DNA from: Dehalococcoidia bacterium
GTDB taxonomy: Bacteria; Chloroflexota; Dehalococcoidia; GIF9; AB-539-J10
NCBI GenBank assembly: GCA_003552125.1
Contig: PUON01000009.1
Span: forward strand, 1-52,238
Direction of reading: 5' to 3'
Length of the DNA: 52,238 nucleotides
The translations under genes and the position numbers were made by a program. Positions 48,012-52,238 of the stretch are shown here, one piece after another. The notes beneath the pieces were generated by a model. The model was given only the letters and a program-made list of their open reading frames with translations. It was not told the origin of the DNA and did no database searches. The stretch's first letter is position 1. Every line of letters starts with the position of its first letter.

Positions 48012-50417
48012 ATGTCATACGCCGAGGTGGCGGTCGACGCACCTGCGGGTCGTCATACCTATTCGTATTCTGTCCCGCACGGGATTGATATCCGCGCGGG
48101 GCAGCTCGTCTGGGTGCCGTTTGGTGCTCGAACCGCCCGAGGCGTCGTCGTCTCGGTTCAGGATTACTCCCCGCACGATAATCCCAAACCGGTCATCTCC
48201 GTATCTACCGAATATGCGCTCTCTCCAGGCCAGCTGGAAGTTGGCAGCTTCATCAGTACCAGGTATCTCAGTCCGCTGTACGCAGCGCTCGCACTTTTTC
48301 TTCCCCCGGGGATTGAGCGAACACCGGCCGTCTTCTACGAGCCTGGCACTGACCCTGAAGGGGCGGATGCCGGTATGGATCGCATGCAGTTCGAGCTGCT
48401 GAGTGCGGCACGCCAGCGAGGCCGTCTGGATGCGCGCACACTGCGTTCGTTTGGGCGAGAGGCGCGGGTGCGTCGTGCGCTCGATGAGCTTGTGGGTGTC
48501 GGATTGCTGGTCCGTCGCGAGATGCCTCGCGAGCGTCGTGTTCCCCCCCGGACAGAATTAGTCGCAACGTTGCGCATGGCGATTGGTGAATCCTCGAGCT
48601 CTGAAAGAGCGCCACGGCGGAGGAAATCCCCTGTGCAGGATCGCATTATCGCGCATCTCGCGTCCGTCGGTGGCGCTGCGTCAGCATCCGAATTGCGGCA
48701 GGCGGTGGGTGCGACGGCAGTTGCCTTACGCGCGCTGGAGACTCGCGGGATGGTCGACCTGCACGAGAGACGGATCTGGCGGGAGACGATTGCGGCACGT
48801 GAATTCGGCCCGTACCCCGTTCCGTTGCTGACCCCTGCACAGTCCGACGCACTTGGGCCTCTGTTGCAGGATATTGCAGGTGGAACGTTCTCTGAGAATC
48901 TGCTCTTTGGCGTGACGGGCAGTGGCAAGACAGAGCTCTATCTGCGTGCGACGCAGATGGCACTTGACCGTGGCCGTCAGGTGGTCTGCCTCGTGCCCGA
49001 GATATCGCTGGCAGCCCAGACCGTTGAAAGGTTTGTCGCACGCTTTGCAGGTCGGGTATCGCTGCTGCATAGCGGCCTGACACCCGGACAGCAACGCGAT
49101 GAATGGGATCGCGTGTTGCGCGGCGATTCTGACGTGGTCATCGGGCCCCGCAGCGCACTGTTCGCACCGGTTGCGCATCTGGGACTGGTGATATTGGATG
49201 AGGAGCATGAGTGGACGTACAAACAGGACGATGTTGTGCCCCGCTATCACGCGCGTGATGTGGCAAGAGAGCTTGCCCGTGTCAATGGTGCGGTGATGGT
49301 CCTGGGAAGTGCCACCCCGGATGTGGACACGTTTCACCGGGCAGAGACCGGTGACGTACGCTTGCTGGAGCTGCCGACACGCATCTCAGGGCGCGCGTGC
49401 CTGCCTTCGGTTGAAGTGGTCAACATGCGGAATGAGTTGCTTCACGGGAACACCAGCCTGTTCAGTCGCGCACTCTCGACGGCTATTGGTGAGACGCTCA
49501 CCTGCGGAGGGCAGGTGCTTCTCTTTTTGAATCGCCGGGGAACAGCGACCCTCGTACAATGCCGCCGGTGTGCCTACGTGTTCCTCTGTCCTCGATGCTC
49601 CGTTGCACTGGCGTACCATGCGGGGAGGTGCAGCCTGCTGTGTCACCGATGTGGCTACTCACTGCGCATTCCTGAACGCTGTCCCCAGTGTCGCAGGTCT
49701 CGACTCCGCTATGTTGGTGTAGGAACCCAGCGCATAGTGGATGAGGTGCATATGCTGCATCCCGATGCCCGGGTGATTCGCTGGGACAGCGATATTTCCG
49801 CGAAGACCAGAGGTGAGTCGGGACTGCAGGATGCGGTGCGCTCCGGACAGGCCGACATCATCGTCGGCACGCAGATGGTCGCCAAGGGTCACGACTTCCC
49901 CGGTGTGACGCTTGTGGGAGTAGTGAGTGCCGATGTCGGGCTCGATGTGCCGGACTATAGGGCCTCCGAGAGAGTCTTCCAGTTGCTTTCTCAGTCAGCC
50001 GGGCGTGCCGGACGCGGCATTGATCCGGGGCACGTAGTCATGCAGACCTACGTGCCGGATAACTACGTAGTCAGAGCGGCTGCCGCCCATGACTACCGTG
50101 TATTCTATGACGCGGAGATACAGTATCGCCGTGATGCGTACTACCCTCCATACTGTACAATAGTGAGGCTACTGTACGCACACGTGCGCGAGGATCAGGC
50201 ACGCAGGGAAGCTGAGAGAGTTCGGCGGGATCTGGACAACAGGATTGCCTCTCCTGACCTGCGCATCACCGGACCTGCTCCCGCGTATGTGTATCGGTTG
50301 CGTGGGCGTTACCGGTGGCAACTGACGGTGCGTGGCTTGCGACCGGTCGAGCTCGTCGAACGTCTCGACCTTCCGCGTGGATGGATCGTGGATGTCGCCC
50401 CTGCAAGCGTTGCGTAG
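48012..50417 (+). CDS. priA: Primosomal protein N'
   Basis: GVTGSGKTE, LVPEISL, DEEHE..YKQ, FLNRRG, eight-Cys Zn region and GTQMVAKG. Confidence 0.97.
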   Translation: MSYAEVAVDAPAGRHTYSYSVPHGIDIRAGQLVWVPFGARTARGVVVSVQDYSPHDNPKPVISVSTEYALSPGQLEVGSFISTRYLSPLYAALALFLPPGIERTPAVFYEPGTDPEGADAGMDRMQFELLSAARQRGRLDARTLRSFGREARVRRALDELVGVGLLVRREMPRERRVPPRTELVATLRMAIGESSSSERAPRRRKSPVQDRIIAHLASVGGAASASELRQAVGATAVALRALETRGMVDLHERRIWRETIAAREFGPYPVPLLTPAQSDALGPLLQDIAGGTFSENLLFGVTGSGKTELYLRATQMALDRGRQVVCLVPEISLAAQTVERFVARFAGRVSLLHSGLTPGQQRDEWDRVLRGDSDVVIGPRSALFAPVAHLGLVILDEEHEWTYKQDDVVPRYHARDVARELARVNGAVMVLGSATPDVDTFHRAETGDVRLLELPTRISGRACLPSVEVVNMRNELLHGNTSLFSRALSTAIGETLTCGGQVLLFLNRRGTATLVQCRRCAYVFLCPRCSVALAYHAGRCSLLCHRCGYSLRIPERCPQCRRSRLRYVGVGTQRIVDEVHMLHPDARVIRWDSDISAKTRGESGLQDAVRSGQADIIVGTQMVAKGHDFPGVTLVGVVSADVGLDVPDYRASERVFQLLSQSAGRAGRGIDPGHVVMQTYVPDNYVVRAAAAHDYRVFYDAEIQYRRDAYYPPYCTIVRLLYAHVREDQARREAERVRRDLDNRIASPDLRITGPAPAYVYRLRGRYRWQLTVRGLRPVELVERLDLPRGWIVDVAPASVA

Positions 50418-50456
50418 CAGCAACCCGGGTGCGCCGTTTCCTGAGAGGAGGGACAG

Positions 50457-51020
50457 ATGCATGTAGTAGGCATTATGGGCAGTCCCCGCAGAGACAGCAA
50501 CACCGAATTGCTGCTCAACGCTGTACTGCGCGGCGCCGCCGAGCGTGGAGCGACCATTCAGAAGGCTGTGGTGTGCGAACTCAGAATTGATCCATGCACC
50601 GAATGCTATGCCTGTGCTATCGATGGCAACTGTTATATTCTCGACGACATGACTTCCCTTTACAATGATCTGGTGTCTGCGGACTGCGTTATTCTGGCTT
50701 CGCCGATCTTCTTCTACGGTCTTCCGGCCCAGGCTAAGGCGCTGGTTGACCGCTGTCAGGCACTGTGGGTGCGGCGCTACAAATTGAAATCGTGGCAGCC
50801 CGACGTGCCATCACGACGCGGGGCATTTGTCGGCGTCGGTGCCACAAAGGGGCCCAAGCTCTTCGACGGCGTGCTTCTGACTGCGAAGTACTTCTTTGAC
50901 GGGATTGGCGTGTCGTTCTCCGATCAATTGTTGGTAAGAGGTATGGAAGAAAGGTCTGAGGTGGCGAATCATCCTGAATACCTCTCGAGTGCCGTCGAAT
51001 TGGGAAGACGGCTCATATAG
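50457..51020 (+). CDS. Flavodoxin-like iron-sulfur flavoprotein (FMN reductase family)
   Basis: GSPRRDSNT, CTECYAC...GNC...DDM and ASPIFF. Confidence 0.88.
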   Translation: MHVVGIMGSPRRDSNTELLLNAVLRGAAERGATIQKAVVCELRIDPCTECYACAIDGNCYILDDMTSLYNDLVSADCVILASPIFFYGLPAQAKALVDRCQALWVRRYKLKSWQPDVPSRRGAFVGVGATKGPKLFDGVLLTAKYFFDGIGVSFSDQLLVRGMEERSEVANHPEYLSSAVELGRRLI

Positions 51021-51096
51021 AGACATTAGAGCTGGGTAGCCCGTCAGGGGGGCGGCTACACCCTTTGGAACCGGCCTGGCAGGTACAGGGCTGTGT

Positions 51097-51125
51097 TTGA
51101 CAGCATCCGAGCACCCAACTAGAAT
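51097..51125 (+). promoter_or_regulatory. Near-consensus sigma70 promoter in the intergenic region
   Basis: TTGACA-N17-TAGAAT. Confidence 0.7.
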
Positions 51126-51131
51126 CCGCGG

Positions 51132-51285
51132 GTACGAAGTGTGGGTTCTCACCTTCGGTACGCAGAGAGGTGAAGGATGGAGGCTCATGTCTCCTCAACG
51201 TGTTCCTCGGAGGACGATTGGTGGCGTGTGATGTGCCAGGGGGTGTTGAAATCCAGGTCGTTCGCGCCTCTCTGCGCCCCACTGC
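51132..51285 (+). ncRNA. Candidate structured small RNA or 5' leader
   Basis: Follows the 51097 promoter. CGCAGAGAGG pairs with CCTCTCTGCG, GTGGG with CCCAC and TCAAC with GTTGA. Family not recognised. Confidence 0.35.
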
Positions 51286-51296
51286 GAAACGGGTAT

Positions 51297-51345
51297 TTGA
51301 CAATGACACCCCGGCACAGACATACTAATAACGGTTACCATTATT
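51297..51345 (+). promoter_or_regulatory. Promoter plus Fur/PerR-type operator
   Basis: TTGACA-N18-CATACT followed by the 9-1-9 inverted repeat AATAACGGT-T-ACCATTATT (51327-51345). Confidence 0.75.
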
Positions 51346-51353
51346 GATGTATT

Positions 51354-51770
51354 ATGAGAAGATCCAGACAGCGCGATGCAATACTGAGTGTGGTTAAGAG
51401 CACGGACTGTCACCCTACGGCAGATTGGGTGTACCATGAGGCAAGGAGACGGATTCCAGGTCTGAGTCTTGGAACCGTCTACAGAAACCTTAAGGTGCTG
51501 TGCGAACTCGGATGGGTTCGGTGTTATGAGGGGCCCGGGGGTGTGAGCAGATTTGATGGAGCAGTGGCGACTCACCATCATTTCCGGTGTGACCGCTGTG
51601 GAGAGATGCAGGATGTAGACGCGCCGGTGGATGCGTCGCTGGATCGACAGGTTGCCGATCGCACCGGTCTTGACGTTAGATACCACGTGTTGGAGTTCAG
51701 AGGTCTTTGTGAAGGCTGTCGACTGGAACGCCGTCGCTCAAGCGGAAGTGAAGTCGAAGACCAACACTAG
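51354..51770 (+). CDS. Fur-family regulator, PerR-like
   Basis: HPTADWVY, SLGTVYRNL, SRFD...HHHFRCDRCG..QD and C-terminal CEGC. Confidence 0.92.
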   Translation: MRRSRQRDAILSVVKSTDCHPTADWVYHEARRRIPGLSLGTVYRNLKVLCELGWVRCYEGPGGVSRFDGAVATHHHFRCDRCGEMQDVDAPVDASLDRQVADRTGLDVRYHVLEFRGLCEGCRLERRRSSGSEVEDQH

Positions 51771-51796
51771 CATGGGAATCGAGGGGGTGTGTGTTC

Positions 51797-52238
51797 ATGG
51801 CAGTCTTAACAGCTGGCGAGTTGTATGACATTGCATTGGGCATTGAGAAGAACGGTGTCGCGTACTACGAATCCTTGTCTCAGGCTACTGGCGATGAAAC
51901 ATTAAAGGGCATCTACAGCGGGCTGGCCAGCATGGAGCGCCACCATATCGAGGTATTTCAGGCGTTGCGTGCCGAAGCGGGAAGCGGTCCGGTTGTGCCG
52001 CCCGTAGATGAGGAAGAGTACGGCGCGTATCTCAAGGCGCTCATCGATTCATCGGTGTTCACGGATGATGAGGTGGCCAAGGAAATGGCAAGAAATGCAT
52101 CGGGTCCAGGAGAGGCCTTACAGTTGGCGCTAGGTGCAGAGAAGGATTCGATTCTGTTCTACTCCGGAATGCGTGACCTGGTGCCACAGAAGGAACGAAA
52201 CGCCGTAGAACGGATTATCAACGAGGAGAGGAAGCATA
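51797..52238 (+). CDS. Ferritin-like/rubrerythrin family protein, runs off the window edge
   Basis: Hand translation: MAVLTAGELYDIALGIEKNGVAYY...LASMERHH...ALGAEKDSILFY...IINEERKH; two E..ExxH di-iron repeats. Confidence 0.9.
   Translation, partial: MAVLTAGELYDIALGIEKNGVAYYESLSQATGDETLKGIYSGLASMERHHIEVFQALRAEAGSGPVVPPVDEEEYGAYLKALIDSSVFTDDEVAKEMARNASGPGEALQLALGAEKDSILFYSGMRDLVPQKERNAVERIINEERKH

Noticed and set aside
51132-51285. SRP RNA or tRNA-Sec identity for the structured segment
   Set aside because: It lacks the CAGG..GGAAG..AGCAG SRP core and has no cloverleaf or UCA anticodon.

Overview
Core chromosomal region of a high-GC bacterium. It is probably a Dehalococcoidia-like Chloroflexota member, inferred from the mraZ-rsmH-ftsA-ftsZ-nrdR-nrdJ order and gene content; no database was consulted. 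About 48 genes are present, with no rRNA, tRNA, CRISPR array or mobile element. Housekeeping genes include recA/recX, dnaE, ogt, hpf, comF, ligA, tgt, secDF, ftsZ/ftsA, trmD, rplS and priA. There are also acyl-CoA metabolism genes, a Na+-decarboxylase-type operon, a purine/deoxynucleotide operon, and a PerR/Fur regulator with a ferritin-like gene. The most notable items are: (1) a second, archaeal CetZ-like tubulin-family GTPase facing two Ala-rich filament-like proteins built from 25-residue and 11-residue repeats, in a genome whose dcw cluster lacks all peptidoglycan genes, suggesting a cell-shape cytoskeleton locus; (2) a GAF + PD-(D/E)xK nuclease-like + HPRT fusion inside the nrdR-nrdJ-hpt-ade operon; (3) a decarboxylase beta subunit with an inserted lysine-less biotin-carrier-like domain and Ala at two essential Na+/catalytic positions. 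Smaller items are a decayed Nudix gene, a frameshifted PhzF gene, a candidate sRNA with its own promoter, tandem NrdR boxes, MraZ repeats and a Fur/PerR box.
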